This document shows, in pieces, positions 11,925 through 25,100 of a DNA stretch of 59,888 nt. Position 1 is the stretch's first letter, and each line of letters begins with the position of its first letter. Below the pieces are notes generated by a model. It saw only the letters and a program-made list of their open reading frames with translations, was not told the DNA's origin and searched no databases. This DNA is from Nemertoderma westbladi (lineage: Eukaryota; Animalia; Xenacoelomorpha): NCBI GenBank assembly GCA_032718475.1, contig JAUCBJ010007191.1:1-59888 (forward strand), given 5' to 3'. Made by a program: the position numbers and the translations under genes.

Positions 11925-12730
11925 GGGAGAGTGAGGGAGACTTGAACCCCAAAAGTTATAATCGCTCTAAAGAACAGATAAATACAATTTTTCAATGCCG
12001 TTTTAATTAAACCAATTATTCGTATTTTTGAAAAAGCGTCAAGTCTCCCTCAATGGGGGGAGACTTGACACCTAGGGTGGGAGACTTGAACCCCACCTCT
12101 CATACTTGTAAATTCGTTCAAAAATGCAGAAGAAGTGTAATAATTACATGTTCAACATGTCTATTTTCTAGTAGAGCAAAAAAATTTCAAAAAATGCGAT
12201 TGTTAAATTGTTGAATTATTGTCCAAAATTTTATACAAATTTAGGTGGTCGTTCACATGGTTCTCCCAACAAGAACTGAATAAATAATAGTTCATTAAAA
12301 CCGCATGAAAATTTAACGCGGGAAAGTACTTTTTATTTATGAATATAATAATAATAATAATTTTCACTCCAGGCATATATTAATTGTTTTCCTGTAATTC
12401 TATTGATGTGTGCCGCTTTCTGACGAAGTGGCATCTTGTTTAAGCTGTCAATCACCCAGTTGGCGGGCTACTAACTACATTGCAAAGAGGGAAGGAAGAG
12501 TTGGTTGGCTTGTCTTGGCTTGGCTGGGTTTATCAAGGCCTCTCTCTCTCTCTCTGGCTACTCCATTGTATTAACATTCCATTGATAGCTTGGTCTGTGT
12601 AAGTGCCGATCAACTAGTTGGAGTGCTCTGGTGTTATGGTTCTCTACATGGGTGTATCTCTAGCTAGGTAGACGTCAGCATTGAAGGCTTCAAGTCTCCC
12701 TCACACTCGGGCGTCATGTTTCCCCACATA
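11925..12730. mobile_element. Tc1/mariner-pogo-like non-autonomous DNA transposon
   Basis: Starts right after TA; gagagtgagggagacttgaa / ttcaagtctccctcacactc inverted ends; internal ggagacttga repeats. Confidence 0.7.
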
Positions 12731-13060
12731 CTCCTTTATGGGAGTCCATGCTGGGCTCTAACTGCTGAGGACACCAAATCTCTGGGTGGCACATTCACAA
12801 GAATGCTACGCCGGGTTCATTGTGTCAAGTACAATGCACACATCTCCAACCAGACACTATATAACATTGGAAGTGTCTCATTGGTTCCCCCAAGCTTGAC
12901 ACTAGAACAAAATCGCCTCCGCTTTGCCAGGACATTGCTTTCGCCGTGAGGACCAGCCAGTGCATAATCTTGTACTTTGGCAGCCTCATGGAGTGAATAA
13001 GCATGGTGGACAGCCCATGACTTTCTTGAGACGCATGCTAAAGGACACTGGCCTTGAATC
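12728..13060 (+). mobile_element. RTE family A fragment
   Basis: LLYGSPCWALTAEDTKSL...QNRLRFA, near-identical to 1587-2000. Confidence 0.9.
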
Positions 13061-13080
13061 TGCTTTGTTGACATATATTT

Positions 13081-13436
13081 CGGCCAATCAGAGCGATGAG
13101 GAGCAATAAGAAATGACGCAATGCAGCAACTTCCAATAATTCATTCTTCATTCAGAATTCATTCTGACATTCTGACTGTTCTGACTTTTTCCCTAACATC
13201 AGTGGCCTAGAGAGTCTTAAGAACGCAAATCTATTAACTCTCATCACACTGCACCGTATCTCATCTCATTGCACATCTGACACTTGCGCACAAACTGCAA
13301 TACTGCTGTTGCGTCATTAACACCATTTTTACTGTTTTATACTATTGTTAATTGCTGTTATATATTAATGGATGTTATATTTGGAGAATACTGATGAATA
13401 ATCGTTAAACCCCCCTTAACTTTCTTAATTACTGAG
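13081..13436 (+). promoter_or_regulatory. Putative promoter and non-coding first exon, probably of the synaptotagmin gene
   Basis: ggccaatcag CCAAT box at ~13083 and tgacgcaa ATF/CEBP-like site at ~13114; unique sequence ending in the strong donor GAG|GTAAGC at 13436/13437; the next recognisable + exon (42955) begins with an acceptor and 5' UTR. Confidence 0.45.
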
Positions 13437-14360
13437 GTAAGCAGAAGGGTGTATCAGTAGCAATTGTGGCTCAATTTATAGTGGTTTGTGTGAATTAAAT
13501 GCTATTTCATAATCCCAACGTATGTGAGTTGTAATCCTCCTTATATATGATTAAAATCGGTGACAGTCGGCAAATCAGTGTGCATTAGTGTGAATATTAG
13601 TGTATAAAGTTAGTGTGAAGGTTAATCTTTGCATTATCTTGTTGCCACTAGTTGTAATTAGTGTCAGTCATAACTCTGCTTGATACTTAAAGCGCCACGT
13701 CCCAAAGGAACTGTTAATATTTCCCCGAAAGTAAAAATATAGTTGTCGGAGATTATATAGTAGTGATCAATCGAATAATACAAAGTAGCCTACTGCTCTC
13801 TCTCTATAATAGAATCCAGTCTCCCACACCCGTGGGTCATATGCCACGCTAGACTGATGGCTTCACCTGATGTCAATTTAGTAAGGGCAATAGTCAATTC
13901 ATAAGACACTTAAATTAGCAGGTTAAACTGTTAAAGGTCTAAAAGCACGAACATTAATAGATTTTGCAAATGTTCTGGTAGAACATTAATAGATTTATTC
14001 TTTTATAGCTCAGTAGGCAATAAACCCTAACGTACCGGTCGGACGGTAAACTGTAGGCTTAGTAGTGCCGAACCGGTATCGTATAGCAGTATTACTTCGA
14101 TTGTGACATATTTGTATATTCGTAGGACACTCGGACAGGATTCGTTTTGGAGACTGCATATACTGTGGTTTATTTTAGGCTTGGGGGTGGTCTGTCAGCA
14201 TTTTGGTCTGTGTTTTATTTGAATAGTCTGTAAGGGTAGCATAATATTTATTATTCAGAGTTTATGCAAGTAATTTACAACATTCATGTCCCCAAGTTTA
14301 TTCCTTACAGTAATTCTGCTTGTTTTGCATACTGTAATAGTTAAATTAACCCCGGTACTA

Positions 14361-14742
14361 GGGGCCGTCCAAGTATGACGTCAGCACTTTAGGGGGGGGT
14401 GGGGGGGTTGGGAAAATCTGATGACGTGCTGATGAGGGGAGGGGAGGGGGTCAGCCAAAATCTGACGTCAGCATGTTCATTTATAGGTGCTAGAAGAGAT
14501 ATAGCAGAAGAGTAAATAGCTTGCCTATTTTAATTGTTCGAAGCCCCCGAAGGCCCGTAGCACGACCTTCTGTTTCAATTACCAGTCACCATGTTTCAGT
14601 GATTAGGACGCGAAAATTTTTATAATCTGATTTAGGGGAGGGGGGGGGGGGGGGTCAACGCCTATCTGATGACATCTGATTTAGGGGAGGGAGGGGGTCA
14701 ACATTTTGGGTAAAAGTGCAGACGTCATACTTGGACGGCCCC
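14361..14742. mobile_element. PIF/Harbinger-like MITE
   Basis: TIR ggggccgtccaagtatgacgtc / gacgtcatacttggacggcccc; 3-bp TSD CTA on both sides. Confidence 0.88.
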
Positions 14743-14915
14743 CTATTTCAGGACTGCTTGGCATAGGACAGACTGGTGATTTCTTTAGCATCGGATGATT
14801 AAGCCTAAATACTCCGGTCACTCCAGGAGATGCTGTGGTTCTTTTAGCTGTTCACGTATATTTAACTGCAAGTTATATGTTGTATAAGTGCTAGTATCAA
14901 ATCTAGGGTTTAGAG

Positions 14916-15284
14916 TACAGCGCTTTCCTGAAAGTTAATTTAGTGTGTACGCAGTATATTTGTGTTGTAATGTGGTTAATAGGTCCGTTAGCTTTATGCT
15001 TTGATAATTAATCTCTAGTTATAGGACACTCTGGGTACGTTTGTATATAGTGTAGACTATAATCCGTCAGACAGTGGCATTTCCTTATCTGGACAACACA
15101 ACGTATTGAGTACTACTTTATTGGTTTCAAAATTCCATAAATTCCTTGTCAGTCTGTAAGAACCAGAAATTCTAAATTCTTGTTAGTCTGGTTTGTAAAA
15201 TTCTTGTAAAATTACCCTAAAAAATTGTACATGTAACTTTGTTTATTGTTTACTTAGAGATTGTGTAATCTCAACCTGTTATAA
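14916..15284. repeat. Right arm of the inverted repeat pair (with 11526-11924)
   Basis: Reverse complement alignment to the left arm. Confidence 0.85.
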
Positions 15285-15578
15285 GTAAGTAACTTGTAGT
15301 GATAAGTAACTTAGTTAAGTAGAATTAACAGTATTTAGTGTCTAACAAGTAGCACTCCACTGAGAGCATCAAACCTCTGTGTAGTGACTTTGTAAGAAAC
15401 TGTTAAAGGAGGCCAAAGAGGGAGAGAAGGTAAACCAGGGAAAGTTGAGCCAGTGGCTAGGTGAGTCGAATAAACATTTTCGGTATCTAGTTCGTTTTGG
15501 GCAGGGAGCCGAGAACTGGCGAGTGAGAGAGCGAGGGGGGTCGCCACCGAACTATTCGAACTGTGGCGATCCGGGGTT

Positions 15579-16482
15579 ATGGAGCCTGAAGTAGTGTACG
15601 TAGGGCCGTATTTAGTGGATGCCAGGGGAATTAAGTTAGTGGGTTGGGCGGATCCGCACGAGGGCGAACCCGAGGTTAACCCGGAGGATTTGGTCTCGTC
15701 GGTTAGCGAGAACCCCAGAAAGCGGGGGAAAGTTAGTAGGACAGAGAGGCGACGGGAGTCCGTCGCGACCGATAAGTCCGCTACATCCTCCGCAAAAGCA
15801 AGAAGGGTGTTGGAGATAGATCTGGCGTGTCAGCTAGACATTGCGGCGCTAGACCAGAAAGAATTAGAGAGGCAGTTGGATGAGGGAACTGCGTTGTTAG
15901 AGAAAGAGAGAGAGTTTGCCAGGGAGTGTAAAGAGAGGGCCGAGAGGGTGGCGAGAAACTGTAGGGAGCGGGATGAAAGAGAAACGAATGAGCGTAAAGA
16001 GCGAGAGGCGAGGGAGGCAGAATTAGCGAATCAAAGTTTACGAGAGGATAGAGAGAGAGAGCGGGAAAGCGTATGTGGGATGATATGCATGCCCGGTTAA
16101 GGGGGCTTATGCAATATCAGGCTAAGCAGAAGCACCGACTAGAACTGGTGCAACTAGGATTATCTGAGAGTGAGGCTGGCTCGGGTAGTATTTACGAGGA
16201 GCCAGAAGTGATGGAAATGTTTGTTAATACCCCACTTACTGGGACCGATCGAGATCCGCAATCTGGATCGATCGGATATAGCTGCCGATCGAGAGTACGG
16301 TAGTCGCGGGGAGGACTTCTTGGATTATTCGAGAAGGTTAAGCTTCGGTCCGGAGGGACACATACAGACTGCAGGACATACTATAGGCCTTACTGCACAT
16401 ACTATAGGCCATGCTGGGAGATATAGTGTAGGCGATAGGGTAGCGCGAACAACGGGATTAGATCCGGAAGTCGCAGTGTATA
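15579..16482 (+). pseudogene. BEL gag N-terminal region (coiled coil), frameshifted
   Basis: E/R-rich ORFs 15579-16100, 16073-16303 and 16221.., cut by the Gypsy insertion. Confidence 0.65.
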
Positions 16483-16739
16483 TGTTATATTATTATCTAT
16501 TTCATAGGACCTAAGTGCTGGTGCTTGATATATAGTTACCGGTACTGCAGGAGATACATACATTACCATATTTACATACTGCTGTAAGTGACTGGTGACG
16601 GTGTAGTCAGTGCTCTACTGTTGTACTGTTCTATCTATATATTATATACTGATATAAGACTAATATATATCAAGGAAGTTATATCGTGAAGAACCTACTT
16701 CATTACTACTTACTTCTGTACTTACATGAGAACGTAATA
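16483..16739 (+). repeat. Gypsy 5' LTR (TG...TA)
   Basis: Identical by eye to 21805-22061. Confidence 0.97.
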
Positions 16740-17094
16740 TGGCGCAGTTGTGGCGTACTTGGACAGTGCGCGATCACGATTCTTCCAGATAGACTGCTGA
16801 CAGGCTGGTGCTCGGCCTAGCTGCCTAGGTCTGTAGGTGCAGCTTTGCTTACAACTACTGCTGTTGCTGTACTGAACTACGGTACAACCTACAAACTGAC
16901 AAACTACAACCTACCGGTACCGGTACCTGGAAATTGCTTTGCCTACCCGCCAGCAGCCAGCCAAGGTGGAAAATACCTACCGGCTGACCGGCAACCGGTT
17001 CATATTATACACAATATAACTACCGGTACTGCAGTACTTGGTACTCTCACTACAATTTTTTTTACCGCGTTTCTGAGAACTTTCAATTCCGCAG

Positions 17095-18918
17095 ATGTCT
17101 GCAGAAAATATTCGGTCGGCCATAGGCCAGGCCATTGGGAAACGTACTGCTCAGAAAGGCCAAGTTACAATGCATTTACGAAATTGCCAGAAATCCGTAG
17201 ACGCTTTTCAGGGTTCAGAAACTGCTACTTGGTCGCATGGAATGCTCCGTACGATGAAGCGATGCATTGAATCGGCTGAAAATGCTTTGGGTTTGGTGAT
17301 TTCACATCACACTGATGTTAAAGTTTTAGAAAACCGGATAGATGACATTGATACACATGATAATTATATTGAATCGACTGCCGGTTTAGTTAATGAAATG
17401 TATTCTTATATGGATAGATTTGAAGATGAGCTTCACAAAAATACAGTTTCTACCGGTTCGAGGAGGGACCACACTGCGAGTTCCCTTGATGACACAATTC
17501 CACCTATGTCTCCGCTGGAAATTGGCCATTCTGCACGGCCAATAGTTGCTGATCAGCCAGCCCTAGAGGATGGAACAGATTTCCAAAAGTTTCAACTTTG
17601 GTTAGAAGTTTGGAGGCCTTACTTTCAACTAACTAAGCTCTATAAATCTCCCAGGGAGGATCAGATTGCTGCATTTTTTAGTCACTGTCATCCAGATTTC
17701 CTGAATACAGTGCGACGAGTTATTGAGATACCTCATAATACATCTATGACATTGGATGAAGTTATTAACGAAATTAGCAATTATTTAAGGTGTGATCGCA
17801 ACCCAAATGTAGATTGGAGAAACCTTCTCACTGTAAAACAAGAAGAAGGTGAGTCAATTTATAAATATTATACACGTGTTACTGAACTTGCTGAATATGC
17901 TGATGTTCAAAATGTTACATACAATATTTTAACAACTGCAATTCTTGTTGTGGGTCTTAAAGACGAGTCAGCTCGTGCTAAGGTTATTGCAAAAAAACCG
18001 GCACTAAATTTGAAAGATACTTTTGAATTTTTGCGATCTACTGAAGCAGCAAAGAGGGATTCAAAGCAAATTAGTGACAAGAAATATGAAATTTCTGCTA
18101 ATAAACACAAGACTAAATATAAGCAAAATAAGGATAGGGGGTTTAAACCTCCTAATTCAAAAGTTACAACTTCTTCTTCTTTTAAACCCGCAACAAACAA
18201 CAGATCAAATGCCGAGAAACACTTTCATAACGATATTACTAATGGAAATAATGCAAAGAAATTTTGTTTCCGGTGTGGGTTTGATCTCCATGAAGATTTG
18301 AGAAAATGCCCTGCATTAAATTCTGAATGCCAGTATTGCAAACGGGTTGGTCATTACAAACGTGTCTGTTTGCAACGTACCCGGGATGGGCAAAGTTCGA
18401 ATAAAAATTCGAAAAAGGTTAATGTTATTAGACAATCTGCTGGAGTTACAAGCAGCCATTTTTTACATGTTAAAATTGCTGATCCAAAGAATAACAACAT
18501 TTTGGGAATTGTGATAGCACACCCTGATACTGGTGCAGAGTGTACCGTTGCTGGTGAAGATATCATATATTCATTGAATGATATTACACTATCTTGCCTT
18601 GCTCCTCCAACTAATGATACATTAGTTTCTGTTGAAAATCATACTCTCAAAAAAATTGGAACATTTAGAGCTCAAATATCAGTTGATGGATATCAGCGTA
18701 CAGTTGATACTATAATTCATGTTTGTAGAGGGATTAAAGGTTTATATTTATCCCGTGAAGTTTGTGCAGCACTTCTAACAATTCCACAAGATTTCCCTAC
18801 TCCACAGGGAGATGATGGGAAATTAATATATGTTGCTACTGTTTCGGGCAGACAAGAAAATGTATTTGATACAGAAAAACGATCTGCTTGGATTAAAAGC
18901 TTGCCTGCTGATAAATAA
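17095..18918 (+). CDS. Gypsy Gag-protease
   Basis: CFRCG..H...C and CQYCKRVGHYKRVC knuckles; PDTGA protease motif. Confidence 0.92.
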   Translation: MSAENIRSAIGQAIGKRTAQKGQVTMHLRNCQKSVDAFQGSETATWSHGMLRTMKRCIESAENALGLVISHHTDVKVLENRIDDIDTHDNYIESTAGLVNEMYSYMDRFEDELHKNTVSTGSRRDHTASSLDDTIPPMSPLEIGHSARPIVADQPALEDGTDFQKFQLWLEVWRPYFQLTKLYKSPREDQIAAFFSHCHPDFLNTVRRVIEIPHNTSMTLDEVINEISNYLRCDRNPNVDWRNLLTVKQEEGESIYKYYTRVTELAEYADVQNVTYNILTTAILVVGLKDESARAKVIAKKPALNLKDTFEFLRSTEAAKRDSKQISDKKYEISANKHKTKYKQNKDRGFKPPNSKVTTSSSFKPATNNRSNAEKHFHNDITNGNNAKKFCFRCGFDLHEDLRKCPALNSECQYCKRVGHYKRVCLQRTRDGQSSNKNSKKVNVIRQSAGVTSSHFLHVKIADPKNNNILGIVIAHPDTGAECTVAGEDIIYSLNDITLSCLAPPTNDTLVSVENHTLKKIGTFRAQISVDGYQRTVDTIIHVCRGIKGLYLSREVCAALLTIPQDFPTPQGDDGKLIYVATVSGRQENVFDTEKRSAWIKSLPADK

Positions 18919-21717
18919 CCCTTCACCACAACTCAGATCAGCAGTCGAAACAAAACTCAAAAACATATACAAGCCAGTTTTTGATGATTCTGATACATTG
19001 CATCCCATGGTTGGATCTCAAGTTGGAGCACCTATGAAAATTGAACTCTTACCAGACGCATCGCCATTTGCAGTGCATGCGGCCAGGCCAATACCATTTG
19101 CATTACGAGATAGAGTTCGAAATGAACTTGATTACATGTTAAAGCGTGGCATTATATCAGAAGTAGGAGATGTACCTACTGATTGGTGCCACCCCTTGGT
19201 GGTTGCCCCTAAACCTGGGGGTAAGATAAGGATGTGTGTCGACCTTACAAAGTTGTACCATCAAGTTAAACGACCTGTTCATCCTACGAAAACCCCATTT
19301 ACTGCGGTTTCTGGGATAAAACCTACTGCAAAGTATTTTACCAAATTAGATGCAACTAAGACTGGCAATTGCCCTTGGATACAAAGTCTCAAGAGTTTAC
19401 TACATTCATTACACCTTGGGGAAGGTACAAATTTCTTCGGGCCCCAATGGGATTAGTGGGATCTGGAGATTCTTACAGTTTGCGTGGTGATATTGCATTC
19501 AGTGGTATCAATAGGTTAAATAAAGTTGTAGATGATATTGCGCTGGATGGTGACACATACAGAGAGACTATTAATATAACTTGTGATGTTCTAGAACGGT
19601 GTGCAAAACATGGTATAACAATTAATGGTGATAAGTGCAAATTTGCTGCTGATGAGATAGACTTTGTTGGATACCATGTAAAACAAGGTGGTTATGAAGC
19701 AGATCCTTGTAAAGTTAATGCCATTGCGGATTTCCCAGTACCAACAACTAGAACAGATCTCCGATCTTTCCTTGGTTTAGTTAACCAGCTAGGCCAATTT
19801 TCTACTGAGATTGCTGGAGCTGCAGAGCCCCTGAGAGATCTTGTTAAGATTAAAAATGAATTTACCTGGAATGCTAATTATACCAAAGCATTTAATTCAG
19901 TGAAGAAAGCTTTGGTAAGTACACCGGTACTTTCTCAGTTTGACCCTACAGCTGAGACAGTCTTACAGACTGATGCTGCACGAACAAAAGGTCTTGGATT
20001 CGCATTACTCCAAAACCAGAATGGGTTTTGGAAACTTATTCAATGCGGATCTAGATTCCTTCAACCGGCTGAGACGAAATATGCTATGATAGAGCTTGAA
20101 GCTCTTGCCATTGTATGGGCTACATTAAAATGTCGACTATTTCTGATGGGTTTACCTAACTATACCGTCCTTGTGGATCATAAACCACTGATCCCAATTT
20201 TCAATGACTTTACAATGGATACTATTGATAATATTCGACTCCAAAACTACAAGGAGAAATTATCTGTATTCCAGTTTACCTTAAAATGGGTTAAAGGTAA
20301 AAATCATTGTGTTCCAGACACATTATCACGCTATCCTGTTGATGATCCCACTCTTGAAGACTGTCATGAACACTCAAATAATCAAGAGATGTTAAATGCA
20401 TGTATCCAAATTTCTGCTTGTAACATTAAATCGGACGGAGAAATAGAAAATGATGTTTATGGTGATCCAATTCTACAAGAATTGCGCAAGTACGGGAAAG
20501 CTGATTTGAAATATCAGAAACTTTTACAAGCTGTGGCCTCAGATTATAATGAAAGTGGAAGTGATCCCTATGTATTATTGTTTAAATCGATATGGAAAGA
20601 ACTGAGTATCGATAATGGTTTAATTTTGAGAAATTCTCGAATTGTTATACCTCCAAATTCTATTAAGATGGTTTTGTCTAGATTACATGAAAGCCATCAG
20701 GGGATCGACAGGACAAAGAAACGCGCAAGACAAGTCGTTTATTGGCCTGGCATGAACAATGATGTGAAGACAACAGTTGAAAATTGTATACAATGCGCCC
20801 AACGCTTACCAAGTCTTCCTAAGGAATCTCTAATGAGGGATGAGATCCCTTCCCGCGTTTTTGAATCTGTTTCATGCGATCTTTTTCAATACGGTGGGGT
20901 TGAGTTCTTGCTGTATGTTGATCGATTAAGTGGTTTCCCATTTATTCATGAATTTGGTAGATCACCGAGTGCCACACAAGTAATCAAAGTAATTCGTTCC
21001 TACTTTGTACAAACAGGGGTACCAGTTCGCATTCGGACAGATGGTGGAACCCAATTTAAAGCAGATGAATTTCAGAAATTTTTGAAGTTGTGGTCTGTTA
21101 AATGGGCTCCGAGCAGCCCTTACTATCCCCAATCTAATGGTCATGTGGAAGTGCATGTCAAATCTATCAAAGGATTGGTTGCTAAGTCTGGCGGAAAAAT
21201 AAACTCGGATTCCTTCCAAGCCGGACTATTGGAGTTAAGAAATACTCCAAAATCAGATGGTCTATCCCCTGCCCAGCGTGTATATGGCCATTCCATACGC
21301 TCTAAAGTGCCAACTCATTGGTCAGCTTTCTCTAGAGATTGGCAAATTTCAGTAGAAGAAGCTGACATTAAAGCTGCTAATATCCGAGATTCATCAAAAC
21401 TCCTTTATGACAGAACTGCTCAACCATTGAAACCTCTCGATATCGGATGTCAAGTCACTATTCAAGATAACGCATCAAAGAGATGGAATAAAATTGGTAT
21501 TGTGGTAGAATCTGATTTTTATCGTGGTTACCGAGTGAAACTGAAGTCTGGGAGAACATATTGGCGTAACAGGAGGTTGTTGCGCGTTTTTAAAGGAGCT
21601 ACAAATGATGTTGTGGACAAACCAACCGCTACCGGATGTGGGAATGTGAATGACCATGAGGAGTTACGACGCAGTTCTAGAACACGGAAAATTCCCGACC
21701 GTTATACTGTGTCCTAA
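18900..21717 (+). pseudogene. Gypsy Pol (RT-RNase H-integrase) with a frameshift near 19360
   Basis: IRMCVDLTKL, LDATK/(GY)WQ broken by an apparent 4-nt deletion, VVDD, TDAAR, HxxHQG..CxxC, RTDGG, PQSNG. Confidence 0.92.
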
Positions 21718-21804
21718 ATGGCATCACTGCTCAAACTTATTAAATATATACCCTATTTACTTACTAGTTGATTTGATTCATCAAATAACTCATAAAAAGG
21801 GAGA

Positions 21805-22061
21805 TGTTATATTATTATCTATTTCATAGGACCTAAGTGCTGGTGCTTGATATATAGTTACCGGTACTGCAGGAGATACATACATTACCATATTTACATA
21901 CTGCTGTAAGTGACTGGTGACGGTGTAGTCAGTGCTCTACTGTTGTACTGTTCTATCTATATATTATATACTGATATAAGACTAATATATATCAAGGAAG
22001 TTATATCGTGAAGAACCTACTTCATTACTACTTACTTCTGTACTTACATGAGAACGTAATA
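21805..22061 (+). repeat. Gypsy 3' LTR
   Basis: Identical by eye to 16483-16739. Confidence 0.97.
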
Positions 22062-22180
22062 GTATATACGGTAAGTAGGCAAGGAGTGGATAGGCATATA
22101 CCGGTACCAGCACAGCAGTATGACTATAATATGCAGGGACATAACATATATCCAGGGGAGGGGAGAGTTATTGCAGATAG

Positions 22181-25100
22181 GTGTATAGGCCCCAATATAT
22201 TAACATCAACCCCAGTACCAAACATACCGGTGGGGGGGGGGGGGGGGGGCAGGGTGACATTCCCCCATTACAATATCAACAATACACTCAAACAGGAATA
22301 AGAACATCGAACCCCCTGGACGAGAACAGATCTTGCGACACGGAGATATGGAGGGAACTGTTACCCCCAATGGTATATCCGACGCAAAGAAAGTCAACAG
22401 GCCCAACGGGCGGACCGCACCCAACAGGAGAATCTGTACAGCATCCCTCGAACCCATTGGAAGCACAGGCAATGGGAATGGCAACACTAATCGATGCGCT
22501 CAAGACCAGGATCGAATTACCACCAGTAGAGCCATTTAAATTCGACGGAAGCAGACCGGAAGAATACCTGCAATTCCGGCGCATGTACAGCAACGAGATA
22601 TTAACTAAGAACCTGACGCAGGCGGAGTGTCTAAAATATCTACAGGTATACACAGGAGGCCCAGCGTATGACATCGTGAGGCAGTATCAGGGCATCGAGG
22701 GCGGCTTCACGACTGCATGGCGGGCCCTAGACAGGGAATACGGACACCCAGCCAAGATCATCCGGCAGACCCTGAGGGGAATAACATCGGGTGGCCTACA
22801 GGATAACCCTATTAGCATAAAGACCTTCGCGAACAAGGTCGAGAAGGCGTTAATCGTGCTGAAAACACTGGACGCGCCATACGAACTCAACGCATCTAAT
22901 AATATCACCACGATAGCGCAGGCACTGCCAATCTGGCTGCGCAATAAATGGAGAAAGATCGCCTTCTCCACCCGGGAGAAGAAAGGTGCGGAACCGGGCC
23001 TTGAGGAAATGTCGAACTTCCTCAACTACGAAGCAGAGTTAATCACGGACCCAGTCTACAGCGAGGATAGTCTGGGGAAGGCGCCGAGGGCCGAAGACAA
23101 CAGGCCGAAACCAGAGCACAATGCGGCAAATGCGTTGCCAAAATTAAGACAATCCCTACCATACACGGCGACACAGGGGACTGCAAGTCCACAGATAGCT
23201 TGGAGTGGGGCCAGACTGTGGCACGAACAGGGACAAAATAACAACACGAACAAATATAATCCCAACACACCCAGTAGGCCAAACCCAAATAACCAAAACA
23301 CTAAACCGGTAGACGTGAACCTACGCGCAATACGTGTAGGGCTATATAGGGAACGTTACAACCCAGAATACAAATGTCAATTGCATAAAGACAGAACCCA
23401 TAAGACCATGGACTGTAAGCATTGGCAGTCGTTACCCGAACAAGATCGGAAAGCCTATGCGGATAAGAATGGAATTTGTCACCGATGTGTGATAGGAGGA
23501 CACAAGATTGAAGAGTGTAAGGAGACACCAGTAAGATTCGGTCAAGGCAAAGGTCAAACAATGGCAACAAGCACCATAGGGGCGAAGAAAAGTGGAATGG
23601 TGCTACTGAGGGTGGTACCGGTGAGGGTAATAGGGGAGGGCGGTCGATCAGTTACTACCTTGATGCTGGTCGACAGCGGAGCAGCCTTCACATTGGTGGA
23701 GAATTGGGTGGCCGAGGAGATAGGGTTAAAGACGAGGCCAAGTCGGATGGCGGTAACTACCATCTCCAGCAAAGATGAGGTCCTGGAGATGAGGACGGGA
23801 ATGTGCCAGATATCAGCGATAGCACCGGGATGTGACTATGGGGCGACCATCGACCCCATCCAGGTGATAGAATCGATCAACATAAACGCCAGGAGAGCCA
23901 ACATCGAGGTCGAGCAATACAGATTCCTGGACAACATCGATTTCTCGATACCGGAGTTGCACGTCAGGAAGGTATCCATCATAGTGGGAATGGACTGCCC
24001 GACGGCTCACGAAAGAGTACAGACGATCTTTGGGGAAGACAGACAGTGCGATCCGATGGCAATTCTCACACCATTCGGATGGACGCTAAGCGGCCCAATC
24101 AAAACCAAAATTCCATTTAGGATGTCGGAGACATCGGGGTACATGTTCGCGGGGACTATGAGGGAGATGGAAGATGAAGGAGCGGAGGAACACCTGAAGA
24201 GACTGTTGAGACAGGATTTTGAGGGACTAAAGGAGACCGGGGTCGGAACCTCGGTAGAGGATAAACAAGCGGTACAGAGTGTGAAGGAGTCGATGAGATG
24301 CGATGAGGGGTGGTACACCATAGGCATGGTGTGGAAACTACCAGAGAACAAGGGGATGGTACTCACGAGGCTTCGCTAACTGAAGCAAACGCTGAAACGG
24401 AGCCCCGAGAAGGATGCGTACATCCATAAGACGATAAAGAAGTACATCGAGAAAGGATGGGCCATGGAGTTGCTGGTCGACGAACCGAACACGGACAGGA
24501 CCTACTACCTGCCACTTCATGTGGCTTTAGATCCAAAGAAAGGTAAACTGCGGATGGTGGTTGACGTGTCAGCTAAAACCAATGGCAAAAGCCTAAACGA
24601 CTATCTGCTGGAGGGCCCCAATATCTACAACTCGGGGATTGAGGTCTTATTGAGATTTAGAAATGGGAGATACGCCTTCACCTGCGACATCGAAGGCATG
24701 TTCAACCAAGTCCGTGTGACGGAGGAGGACAGTGACAGCCAGCGCTTCCTATGGTACAACGGCGACGAGGAACCGTCGATAATACCGATGTACAAGATGG
24801 TGGTGCAGAAGATGGGGGCCAAGTCGTCCTCATTCACGACGACTGTGGCTGTAAGAGATACAGTAGAGGGGAAAGAGGGGAAGTATAGCGCCAAAGCGAT
24901 CTATATGATTCGACGCGGCTTCTATGTAGACGACGGGATGGAGTCTGGAAACACGGTTAAAGAATTACTGGATACAGGGCGCGAGGTTCGTGACATCCTG
25001 AAAGGATCCGGATTTAACCTGACCAAGTTTCAATCCAGCTCAGAGGAGTTTATGAAAGCCATAGAGGACAGGCGGCCACAGTCGATCATGGACAACCCCA

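Larger units (their letters stand above)
16483..22061 (+). mobile_element. Full-length Ty3/Gypsy LTR retrotransposon (Mag-like)
   Basis: 257-bp LTRs, TSD GTATA (16478-16482 and 22062-22066), PBS tggcgcag at 16740, PPT aaaaagggaga at 21794-21804; gag with two Zn knuckles, then PR, RT, RH and IN. Confidence 0.97.
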
